Source: Hemiscyllium ocellatum (taxonomy: Eukaryota). Taken from it: a DNA stretch of 64,000 bases. The DNA is taken from assembly GCF_020745735.1 (NCBI RefSeq), contig NW_026867526.1, positions 186,001-250,000 on the forward strand, read 5' to 3'. Shown piece by piece: positions 37,005 through 48,533 of this stretch. The notes under the pieces are model-generated. The model saw nothing but the letters and a program-made list of their open reading frames with translations. It was not told the origin of the DNA and did not search any database. The first letter of the stretch is position 1. Each line of letters begins with the position of its first letter. The position numbers and the translations under genes are program-made.

Positions 37005-37075
37005 GCTGGCCACGCCTCTTATTCGTTCCCATTGGCTGGAAGGACCACACCAACTCACCTCCTATTGGTCAGTGA
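37005..37075. promoter_or_regulatory. Promoter-like patch: SP/KLF-type site plus two reverse CCAAT boxes 33 bp apart
   Basis: ccacgcct at 37010-37017; ATTGG at 37031-37035 and 37064-37068; context attggctggaag matches the reverse complement of cttccagccaat at 13502-13513. Confidence 0.45.
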
Positions 37076-37539
37076 GCCAGGCCCCCATTGTGATGAGAGT
37101 GGAGGGCTCCTACCTCTCTCTGCCCTGGGATGAGCTTCATCATTCACAGTGAATGGGGCAGTATCACATAGCACAGAGGCTGGGGGCTATTCAACCCATT
37201 GGAGCTGTACTCTCTCCCTCTGGAGATGCTGCAAATATGTCCCAATTCCCCTCACATTTGGCCACAACCTCCCAAGACTTTCCTTAAAAAGTAAAATTGC
37301 AAATCTGTTTGAGAATACCTGCTGAATCTGTGTCCACCTGCTGTTCAGACCATTCCAGATGCTCAGAATGTACTGAGTAAAGTATAGGTCACATATTCAC
37401 CTTGTATTATTTGCCAATTAACTTAAAGTAGTTGCTAAAATTGTGACATTATTAAAAATTCCCCTCTCTCTTCAAATTAAATAACTTGGAGACAAATCTA
37501 CACCTGGTCATTAACACTGCTTAACCTTCTCAGATCCAA

Positions 37540-38320
37540 GGAGAATTATCTGTGCTGAGATGTACAGCACAGAAACAATGGTCCAATTCGCCCATGCCAA
37601 CTAGGAATCCTAAACTAACAGAGTCCCACTTGCCAGCTATTGGTCTGAATTCCTCAAATCCCTCCCTATTCATGTACCCAATCGGATGCCTTTTAAATGT
37701 TGTAAATGTATCAGCCTCCATTACTTCTCTTGCAGCTCATTCCATCCAGTTAGAGAGAGACAATTTCCCACGCACAAAGCCATGCTGACGATCCCTGATC
37801 ATTCCTTGCCTTTCCAAATACATGTAAATCCTGTCCCTCAGAATCCCTTCCAACAACTTGCCTGCCACTGACTTCAGGCTGGCTGTTCTCTTGTTCTCTG
37901 GCCTTTCCTGACCACGATGATATAAATACCTCAGGAAGGGGCACTGCAATCACTTCCCGAGCTTTCCACAAATTGCTGGAATACACCTGATCAGACCCAG
38001 GGATCTATCCACCTTGATGTGATATGAGCCATCCAGTACCACCTCCACTGTAACATGGACAGTGTTTATCACTGTTTATTTCTCCAAACTCTCTAGTTTC
38101 CATATCCTTCTCTAGTAAAAAAAACGACATGAAATACAAGAACAGTATAGTACCTCTCCCACCTCCTGTTGTACCATAGATGGCCTTGTTGATCATTAAG
38201 GGGTCCTATTCTCTGTCTGGTTATTCTTTTATCCTTGATGTATTTGTAGAATTTCTTTGGATTCTCCTTAAACCATTTCCTGAAGCTATTTCATGTCTCC
38301 TTTTTGCCCTCCTGATTACC
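37540..38320 (-). mobile_element. CR1 LINE fragments
   Basis: ORF 37737-37949 contains SVAGKLLEGILRDRIY..RQHGFVRGK; 3' tail fragment at 37540-37740. Confidence 0.8.
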
Positions 38321-38966
38321 CTAGAGTATATTCCTGTAAAAACATGATCCTGTACTCCCAATTCCTCTGCCTCTGCCCTACCTACTCCCAGGCAAAGCAA
38401 TTGCACTCCAGGACATCCCAGAAAGTTTTCCTATTTCAAGGACTGCAATTACCCTCACACTTGATCAGCAATGCCCTCCAACACATATCCTCCACTTCCC
38501 GCACCTCTACCTTTATACCGCCTCTCCCAACTACAATAAGAATATAATCCCCTGGTCCTCACCTGCCACGCAATCCAGAAACAGCACATTAATCTCTGCC
38601 ATTTCTGCTACCTACCACACCACTAGGGTCATATTTCCCTCCCAGCCCTATCTGTCCCCGAAACGTCGAATCTCCTACTCCTTGGATGCTGCCTGACCTG
38701 CTGCGCTTTTCCAGCAACACATTTTCAGCTCTGATCTCCAGCATCTGCAGTTCTCACTTTCTTTGGATTGTGGGAGGAAACCCATGCAGACACTGGGAGA
38801 ATGTGCAAATTCCACACAAACAGTCGCCTGAGGCTGGAATCAAACCCAGGTCCCTGGTGCGTGGGCAGCAGTGCTAACCACTGAGCCACAATACTGTGGG
38901 ATCTTCAGTGCTGATGTGCTGCCCCACTGATACCTCAGTCACTCACCCTGGCTCATTTCCCAAGAG

Positions 38967-39305
38967 AAGAGGCGGTGATGGCCTCGTAATATTATGGCTA
39001 GCCAGTTAATCCAGAGACCCAGATAACCATCGGGGGACCTGGGTTTGAATCCAGACACGGCAGATAATGGAATGTGAATTCAATATAAATCTGCAATTCA
39101 GAATCTAATGACGACAATGAATCCACTGTCAATTGTTGGGAAAACCCACCTGGATCACTCATGTCCTTTAGGGAAGGAATCTGCCATCCTTACCTGGTCT
39201 GGCCTACAGGTGACTCCAGACCCACAGCAAAGTGGTTGACTGTTGACTGCCCTCTGGGCCCAGCCAGTGACACCCTCATCCTGTGAATGAACAAAGGTAA
39301 AAAAA
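38967..39305 (+). mobile_element. tRNA-derived SINE, second family (core recalled as LF-SINE-like), near full length
   Basis: gggtttgaatcc box-B-like at ~39040; core ...gtcctttagggaaggaatctgccatccttacctggtctggcctacaggtgactccagacccacagc...; A-rich tail; homologous to 4127-4492 and 41090-41257. Confidence 0.7.
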
Positions 39306-39439
39306 GGTCAAGTCTTGTATGCAACCATCCTATTCTTACAGAGAACAGTGATCTCCTGGGAAATTTGCTTCTTAATTCCCCACTGATTATTGTTGGGGGG
39401 GTGGGGTTGGTCATACAATCCCAATAAGGTTGTCACTAA

Positions 39440-40340
39440 TTTCTAACTTCTCAATTCCCTTGATGTACTCCCAGGAATACCCTCCTGAAGGCCAGCCGTA
39501 ATGTTATCCCTCATCAAAAACACTTCTCCCCCTGCTCTGTTGCCCCCTTTCTATCCTTGCTATAGCATCTATACCCTGGAACATTAAGCTGCTAGTCTAT
39601 CCATCCCTGAGTGATGCCTCTGTAATTGCGATAATATCCCAATGCTATTTCAAATCATATCCTGAGCCCATCTGCCTGACCTGTTGGGCCTCTTGCATTG
39701 AAGTAAATGGAGGTGCTCAGTCCCACCTCATTCTCTGCCTTGCCCTTGACTGTTGATGTATGAACCGTACCAGCCTCAGACTTAGCTCTTTCCTCACATT
39801 CACTTTGGGTTTTCTCCCCTTTGAGAATATTCTGCTCCCTCTCTGAGACATCCTTGACCCTGACACCAGGGAGGCACCACCCCATTCTGAAGTCTCACTG
39901 TCAGCTGCAGAAACAGCAGTCTGTGCCCCTGACTAGAGAGTCCCCTATCACCATCGATCATGTGGAACTGGATATACCTCACGTTACGTTAGAGCCAGTC
40001 TCAGTACCAGTAACTTGGCTGCCACTGCTACATTCCCCTGAGTGTCTGTGACCCCCTACATTTTCCAAAGCAGTATACTTGTTTGAGAGTGGGATAGACA
40101 GAGGAGACGCCTGCACTACCTGCCTCCCTCTCCTACCTTTCCTGGAGGTAACCCATCTACCTGACTGTATCTGCAGGTTTTCTGCCTGAATCGCAGATCA
40201 CACTTCCTAGCTCCTGTGAGTGCCTCACTGCCTTTAACTGTCGCTCCAACAGATCTATGCGATCGATAGGATTTGCAACCACTCTTCATGCAGACATCAT
40301 CATCAGGATCATTGAAATGTTCCCTAATCTCAGACATCTG
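39440..40340 (-). mobile_element. CR1 ORF1 and endonuclease remnants
   Basis: ORF 40116-40358 begins CPSCQMSEIRE..DDVCMK (ORF1 Cys cluster, homologous to 22553-23041); ORF 39655-39885 is the ORF1-ORF2 junction (YFNARG). Confidence 0.75.
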
Positions 40341-41256
40341 ACAGGAAGGGCACATCACTCAAAGAATGGCTATCTCTGCAACTTAACATTTTACAGACAC
40401 AGGAAAAGGCACAGTCTTACTGCTCTACAAAATACTGCCCTAGAATAACTTAATACCTGTGTTTTATATTTTCAAAAATTAATAAAGACACCATAAGACA
40501 TATTAAAATAAAGCCCTCACCTTACTCACTATTGTAGATTTATGAAAATAAAACAAAGATTTATCTTTGAAGAGACTGAAACCCACTGAGCTGATCCCCA
40601 GCTCTGAGTCATTTGAGAGTGAGGTCTCTCTGAGGGCAGCTGTGAAATGTCACTGTTTGTTTCTCTTTGCTGCCCGCTCGATTTCCAGGGAGGTTTATAA
40701 CTTCACAGTCAGTCAGCTGGGGGAGTTCACTGCTTGGTTTTATTGACTGGGATTTGCCTCCAGTCTCACCACCCTCCCTAATGAGCTCTGAGAAGATTAG
40801 TAGCTGAGGTTGGGGTTCTGGATGTAGGTTTGCTCGCTGAGCTGGAAGGTTCATGATCAGACATGTCGTGACTATACTAGGTAACATCTTCAGTGAGCCT
40901 CCGGACGAAGCTATCACTGTAACCCCGCCCCTTCCCCTCCTCCCCCGCCTCAGAAATTACATGTCTGTAGTACAAGATTTTTTAAAAAATATCTCAAAAA
41001 AGCATGATTTGTTTCCTCCAAACAGATTTCTGCTCTCTAGCCTTTTGAAGAAGTCTTTGGAGAGCTTTCATTTTTTAACATCACTAGAAGGGGAGGTAAT
41101 CGCCGATGAGGTATTGTCACTGGAGTAGTAACCAACCTGGAGACCCAGGTAATGGTCTGGGGACCTCGACTTAAATCCCACCATGGCAAATGGTGGCAAT
41201 TGAATTCAATAAAATCTGGAATGAAAACTCTAATGATGGCCATGAAACCATTGTCG

Positions 41257-41674
41257 AGAGGCTGTTTTCCCTGGAGCGTTGGATGCTGAGGGGTGACCTT
41301 ATAGAGGTTTTCAAAATTATGAGGGACATGAATAGGATAAATAGGCATTTTTTTTTCCTCTGGGGTCAGGGAGTCCAGAATTAGAGGGCACAGGTTTAGG
41401 GTGAGAGGGGAAAGATATAAAAGAGACCTAAGGGGCAACTTTTTCACGCAGTGAGTGGTACGTGTATGGAATGAGCTGCCAGAGGATGTGGTGGAGGCTG
41501 GTAATTGCAACATTTAAGAGGCATTTGGATGGATATATGATTAGGAAGGGTTTGGAGGGATATGGACTGGGTGCTGGCAGGTGGACTAGATTGGATTGGG
41601 AAATCTGGTCGGCATGGATGGGTTGGACTGAAGGGTCTGTTCCCATGTTGTACATCTCTATGACTCTGACTCTA
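41257..41674 (+). mobile_element. CR1 LINE 3' end, preceded directly by the 5' half of a second-family SINE (41090-41257)
   Basis: LFSLERWMLRGDLIEVFKIMR, then 3' UTR and ctctatgactctgactct tail. Confidence 0.85.
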
Positions 41675-43689
41675 AATGGTCAGTTTCCATGCCATAGGGA
41701 TTGTAAGAGAAAGTCATTTGGACCGGTACATAATAGGAAATGTTTGGATGCATAGAGACCAAGGGGAGGCAGGTGAGATGAACTTAGTTTGGAATTATGG
41801 TTGACATGGATTGATTGGACCACAGGGTCTGTTTCTGTGCTATATAACACTACAACTCTAATTCTTGCTATCTCTACATTCCTCCCTCTTCACATCTCTG
41901 CCTATCACTATCACCTCATCCAGCCTCACAACTCTTCCTTATCTCTAATAATTCCTCTCCAGCCTCAGAACCCTCCCTAACTCTAATCCCCTCCAGTCTC
42001 TCAAAGCTCTGCTACATCTGCCTTTCTTTGATTCCAGCCTTGAGGATACCCCATTTTTATTTCTCACTGAATGACGGCCCTTTCAGTTTCCTGCGCCGAG
42101 CTCCAGAATTCCTCCTAAACCTCTCCATCTCACTTTCCTCCCGAACACATTGACCAATCATGTGTCATCTATTCTAATATCACCTTTTCTGACCTGGTTT
42201 CAAAGGTGGCCTGTCATATTCCTATATTAAGTGTCTTGAGGTTTACAGCACAGAAAAAGACTCTGTGGGCCATTGAGTCTGTGACAGGAAAGAAAACTAC
42301 CACCTAACTATCCAAATCCATTTTCCAATACTTGGTCCATCGCGTTATCTGTCTTGGCATCGCAAGCGTGCACCTAAATATATCTGAAATGTTGTTGGGA
42401 TTTCTGTGTCTCCCACCCTTCCAGGCAGTGAGGTTTAGTGCAACTGTTGCTCGATGATGACATCACCCACAGGAACACAGAGCAGCTGGGTCTGTGCAAA
42501 CCAGAGATCGCCCACACATTGGGAAGGATGGCAGGGTCCCTTAGAGGGGGGCACAGGAGATTTACCAGGATGGTTCAAAGAATGGGAGATTTTAGTAGCA
42601 TGTTCTGGATTTTTTTTACACTATTCATTTTATAATATTGTTGTTGCCAGATACATGGAGAATATCGATCTACGATAGATGGACTCTCCTTCTCAACCTC
42701 TCCCCTTGCCTGGGTTGTGCTAACCTTCAGGTTAAACCACCACCAACCATCTCTCCCTAATGAGAGAGCAGCCCTATGGTCTGGGAGGACAATGCTGACT
42801 TTACCTTTTACACAGTGATATCACTGTGCCTCGGGGATGGGGAGAGGGAATGCTGAAGGTGGTGGATGGGACACCACTCAGGCACAGTGCTTTGTCCTGG
42901 AGGATGTTCACTTTCTTTAATATTGTTGGGAGCTGCACTGATGCAGGCAAGTGGGGAATGTTCCAACACAATCCTGATGTGTACCTTATAGAGAGCAAAC
43001 AGACATTGGGGAATCAGGGCTTTGGGGAAACTGAGATCGTTCTCCTTGGAGCAGGGGAAATTGAGGGGAGCTGTGACAGAGGGGTTTACAAATGTTACAC
43101 GTTATAATAATAAACCTTACACCCATCAGCTCATTATACAAGGTTACAGGACACATTGAAGGTTTGGGGAGATCTATTGAGACAATGGGCTGATTCAAAG
43201 GAGAACTTTAATGCAGCAAATGGGATTGTGCTGGAATACAATACTCAGACACAATGTGAATATCCAAGTCCTGATGAATTGAGTAATTCTGTCAGAGTTT
43301 GTCATTACAATGACTGAGATTACCATCTGAATGTCCACCTGTAATACCTGTAATACAAGTCTATAAAATCCATCACTGTCAGTTCAGGTTAGAAATTCAC
43401 ACCATCCCCTCCTCCTGGCCCAGGATGATTGGACACATTCCCCCTTGTGGAGGGCAGCATCAATTCAGGGGGAAATCTATGTGGGTTCCTATGAGTTTCC
43501 ACCGTGGGACTTCATGTGACTGAACAGGGCAGATCTTTGACTCATGGGACAGAATGTTCCAAGAGTCAGTGAGATATGGAGAGCAGGATTTGCTTTCCTT
43601 TCCTTCCGTGCTACCGCTGTGCCTCACCAATAAGACATGGAGTGTGAAAGGCTCACGCAGCTTGATGGGTAAGATGTCTCCACGCTGAC

Positions 43690-45695
43690 CAATGGGCAGC
43701 AAGCACCCAGCCCATATCCCTCCAAACCCTTCCTATTCATATACCCATCCAAATATCTCTTAAATGTTGCAATTGTACCAGCCTCCACCATATCCCCTGG
43801 CAGCTCATTCCATACACGTACCACTCACTGCGTGAAAAAGTTGCCCCTTAGGTCTCTTTTATATCTTTCCCCTCTCACCCTAAACCTGTGTCCTCTAGTT
43901 CTGGACTCCCTGACCCCAGGGAAAAAAAAATGCCTATTTATCCTATCCATGCCCCTCACAATTTTGTAAACCTCCAAGGTCACCCCTCAGCCTCCGACAC
44001 TCCAGGGAAAACAGCCCCAGCCTGTTCAGCCTCTCCCTATAGCTCAGATCCTTCAACCCTGCCAACATCCTAGTAAATCTACTCTGAACCCTTTCAAGTT
44101 TCACAACATCTTTCCAATAGGAAGGAGACCAGAAATGCATGCAATATTCCAACAGTGGTCTAATCAATGTCCTGTACAGCCGCAATATGACCTCCCAACT
44201 CCTGTACTCAATACTCTGACCAATAAAGGAAAGTATACCAAACGCCTTCTTCACTATCCTATCTACCTGCGACTCCACTTTCAAGGAGCTATGAACCTGC
44301 ACTCCAAGGTCTCTTTGTTCAGCAACACTCCCTAGGACCTTACCATTAAGTGTATAAGTCCTGCTAAGATTTGCTTTCCCAAAATGCAGCACCTCACATT
44401 TATCTGAATTAAACTCCATCTGCCACTTCTCAGCCTATTGGCCCATCTGGTCCAGATCCTGGTGTAATCTGAGGTGCCCTCTTCGCTGTCCAGGATACCT
44501 CCAATTTTGGTGTCATCTGCAAACTTACTGACTATACCTCTTATGCTCGCATCCAAATCATTTATGTAAATGACAAAAAGTAGAGGGCCCAGCACCGATT
44601 CTTGTGGCACTCCACTGGTCACAGGCCTCCAGACTGAAAAACAACCCTCCACCACCGCCATCTGTCTTCTACCTTTGAGCTAGTTCTGTATCCAAATGGG
44701 TAGTTCTCCCTGTATTCCATGAGATCTAACCTTGCTAATCAATCTCCCATGGGGAACCTTGTCGAACACCTTACTGAAGTCCATATAGATCACATCTACT
44801 GCTCTGCCCTCATCAATCTTCTTTGTTACTTCATCAAAAAACTCAATCAAGTTTGTGAGACATGATTTCCCACACACAAAGCCATGTTGACTATCCCGAA
44901 TCAAGCCTTGCCTTTCCAAATATATGTATATCCTGTCCCTCAGAATTCCCCCCAACAAATTGTCCACCACCGAGGTCAGGCTCACTGGTCTATAGTACCC
45001 TGGCTTGTCCTCACCACCCTTCTTAAACAGTGGCACCACGTTTGCTAACCTCCAGTCTTCCGGCACTTCACCTGTGACTATCGATGATACAAATATCTCA
45101 GCAAGAGGCCCAGCAATCACTTCTGTAGCTTCCCACAGAGTTCTCGGGTACACCCGATCAGGTCCTGGGGATTTATCCACCTTTAACCATTTCCAGACAA
45201 CCAGTACTTCCTCCTTTGTAATCTGGACATTTTGCACGATGTCACCATCTATTTCCCTATAGCCTATATCTTCCATATCCTTTTCCACAGTACATACTGA
45301 TGCAAAATATTCATTTAGTATCTCTCCCATTTTCTGTGGCTCCACACAAAGGCTGCCTTGCTGATCTTTGAGGGGCCCTATTCTCTCCCTAGTTACCATT
45401 TTGTCCTTAATATATTTGTAAAAATCCTTTGGATTCTCCTTAATTCTATTTGCCAAAGCTATCTCATGTCCCCGTTTTGCCCTCCTGATTTCCCTCTTAA
45501 GGATACTCCTACTTTCTTTATACTCTAAGGATTCACTCGATCTATCCTGTCTGTACCTTACATATGCTTCCTCCTTTTGCTTCACCAAAGCCTCAATTTC
45601 TTTCGTCATTCAGCATTCCCTATACCTACCAGCCTTCCCTTTCACCATGACAGGAATATACTTTCTCTGGATCCTTGCTATCTCATTTCTGAAGG
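43690..45695 (-). mobile_element. CR1 LINE, about 2 kb RT region with stops and frameshifts
   Basis: ORFs 44680-45609 (YRPVSLTS, YMDFSKVFDKVPH), 44332-44661 ([16 protein letters not shown]) and 43943-44419. Confidence 0.93.
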
Positions 45696-46164
45696 ATGGT
45701 CACTAAGACTGTTTCTTTACCTCTGTTGAAATCGGCATAATGAAGAAGCAAAGGGTGGGCTGAAAATGGCAATGATCGGCTTTCGTAGGTTGGTGTTTAT
45801 TAGAGTTTGAATCGACAGTATAAATATTTGAGCACTTATTCAAGCTGCTAGAGGAAGTGATGGGGGCTGGTACAATTCCGACATTTAAAAGGCATCAGGA
45901 AGAGTATGTGAATAGGAAGGGTTTAGAGGGATATCAGCCATGTGCTAGCAAATGGAATGAAATGAGATGAGAATTTCTGGTTGGTATGGATGAGTTGGAC
46001 TGTTTCCAAGCTGTGCATCTCTGTGACTCTGTGCCTCTGAATAGTCTATTGCAGAGAGTTTCAGACAGGGCTTGGTTTGTGTGTCTCTCTCATGCTTCCT
46101 CAGAATCTGCAAACCCGATGTCTCCAAATTTCCATAAGACTAAGAAATAGGAAAAAGAGGCTCG

Positions 46165-46246
46165 GTACTGAGGGAATGCTGCACTGTCGGAGGATCAACA
46201 ATGAGGGAGTGCTGCACTGTCAGAGGGTCAGTACTGAGGGAGTGCT
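46165..46246 (+). repeat. 33-bp satellite-like repeat, about 2.5 units
   Basis: gtactgagggaatgctgcactgtcggaggatca / acaatgagggagtgctgcactgtcagagggtca / gtactgagggagtgct. Confidence 0.85.
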
Positions 46247-48050
46247 TATTCAGCCAGTTCGCGATCCAATCTGTCAAATTAACTCGGATCCCATTGGCTC
46301 TGATTATTGCTATCATCTGGACATCGAGTTATCTCTCTGAAAACTACTATCAAATTGTTACACATGACTTTCTCTCAATAAAACCGTGCTGACAATTGTT
46401 GGTTTATCTTCCAAATGAAGACTAATTTCACTTTTCAATAGTTTCCCTACCACTGTTACGAGCTTTACAGATCTGTGTTTTCATTATTTACCCCTTCCTT
46501 TGTCCTGCGTAACAGTGCAACGTTGGCTGATCTACACTCACTTGGCACAACTGCTGTGGCCAGACAGTAATTCTAAATTATTGTCAGCGACCCAACTATT
46601 TCATCCTTTGCATCACTCAACCGCTTGGTATACTTTTCATCTGCCCTGGAAATATAACCACTTTTCATTCAGCAAGACAACACAGAACATCACGTCATGT
46701 GTCCTAATTTCTGAAAGTACATCACAACACCCCTCCATGATTTCTGTCCCCACATTGTCCGTCTTACTAGTGAACACTGACACAACACATTCGTTTTGAC
46801 CACAACCTAATCCTCCGACTCCACTCCAATAATAACACTTAATGGGCATTACTGTTTCCCGAATAATTCTTTTATTATGAATGAGCCTGTAACTTTTAAA
46901 AATATTTTCCTTTATTTTGACTGTTATTATTTTCTCATGGTCCCTTTTGCTCTTCTAATTCCTTTCCCCTTGCACGTTCTGTACTCCATACTAATTTCTA
47001 TTGTTCTGAGATTTCAGTATAGACCGGAAGCCTCCCTTGTTTCTCTTTATCTCACCCTCAATGCCCTTTGGTGTCCAGAGCCCGCTACATTCTTGGTCCC
47101 ATTCAGTGGCTTCCTGGGAAATGTCCTCCCTGTGATTTTCCTATCTCTTCCTTAAATGTGTCACACTGCTCTGACTCAGATTTACCAATAAGTGTCAGCT
47201 TCCAGTCCACTCTGGTTAAGTCATTACCTGTTCTTACTAAAATTGTCCTTCCCCTTTTCAGAACTTTGGGCCAATGTCTATTCCTTTGCAGTACAATCTG
47301 AAATCCAACTGATTTACAATCACTGTCTGCAAAGTGCACCACCATTGATGTTTAACCCACTGGGTCGACTTCATTTCCAAAAGTTAAGTCCAGGTTCACC
47401 CCTTTCTTGCAAGGTCTGGATTAAAATTCTCTGTATTAACACATACTTTGTTAAAATATTCTCCTGGGGGCATTTTCAGAATTGTGCTACCTCTCAACTT
47501 TTGACACAATGAATATCCAAGCCTATGCTGAGGAAGTTAAAAACCTCTTTTCTCATTCCCCTATTTAATTAACATCTCTCTGAAATTTGACCATGTCTTT
47601 GCCCTTGGTCTTTTGGACCTATAGTAAGGTCTATCGTGCTCTCCCAGTAGTGATGTTTGTTGTATTTTGGTTTTGAAGTACTGTCCATTTGCCTTTGTTC
47701 GAGGAGATATCCATGATTTCATTTCTCTTTACAGCCTAAAATACTCTTGTCAGAATTGCGACAGAAGCAACATTCTGTGTTGCAAACCCCCGCCACTATC
47801 CTTTTCCATCTTTCCCTGTCTCGCCTGAAGGAACTAAATCCTGGAAAATTGAATAGCCACTCCTGCCCGGCTCTCAATATGTCTCCGTGATAGCAACCGC
47901 ATCATTTCCTCATTTATGGCAGTATTTCATCTGCCTTGTTCATCAGACTCTGTCATGAAAACGAATACCATCCAGCGTTGCTATCTCCCTTCTGATGTTA
48001 CCGGCCTATCGTTTTTATGCCTCCTTAACTCCCTTGCTGTGTCCTATAAT
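46247..48050 (-). mobile_element. Very old CR1 remnants upstream of the Ig CH2 exon
   Basis: Minus-strand reading near 46395 to 46247 gives QHGFIERKSCVT... then IRANGIRVNLTDWIANWLN (RT), stopping abruptly at the satellite; endonuclease-like debris at ~46620-46800 and 47450-48050. Confidence 0.7.
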
Positions 48051-48221
48051 TTTAGCCTTTCACATTGTCCTGCTGATCTTTCTGTGTGGATCCCAGCTTC
48101 TCCAGCACTCTGCACAATTATGATTCTTGTATCCATTAACCACAAGAAACCTTGATATATGAGAACTGATTGTATTTGTTATGAAATTCATCAGATAATT
48201 TATGCGATGTGTTTCCTAAAG

Positions 48222-48533
48222 GTCCAGGTCCTCTCCCACCAACTCTTCTCCTAACTGTGAGCTCCAGTGAAGAAATCGCAAGCAGCAAGTTTGCAACCAT
48301 TGTCTGTTCAATCATCGATTTCCATCCAAAGTCAATCTCCGTGAGTTGGTTGAAAAATGGCCTACTCTTGGATTCTGGCTTCTTCACGTCTCCCGTGTGT
48401 GAGGCGAACGGCAACTTCTCGGTGACGAGTCGGCTGATGGTCCCTTATGGTGAATGGTACAACAGCGCAGTCTATACCTGCCAGGTCACTCATGAAGACA
48501 ACGTTCAAAGTAAAAACATCACCGCACTCCAGG
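48222..48533 (+). CDS. IGHM: IgM heavy-chain constant exon CH2 (Ig C1-set domain)
   Basis: (G)[46 protein letters not shown]...[20 protein letters not shown]: both Cys and the core Trp present; acceptor aaag at 48218-48221 (alternative in-phase cag 6 nt downstream), donor gtaag at 48534; phase 1-1; resembles remembered shark Cmu2. Confidence 0.93.

Noticed and set aside
46247-48221. Possible hiding place for the CH1 exon
   Set aside because: Reads as decayed antisense CR1 RT/endonuclease sequence; no ~100-codon frame with Ig Cys/Trp spacing was seen. A TBLASTN is still needed to exclude a very decayed exon.
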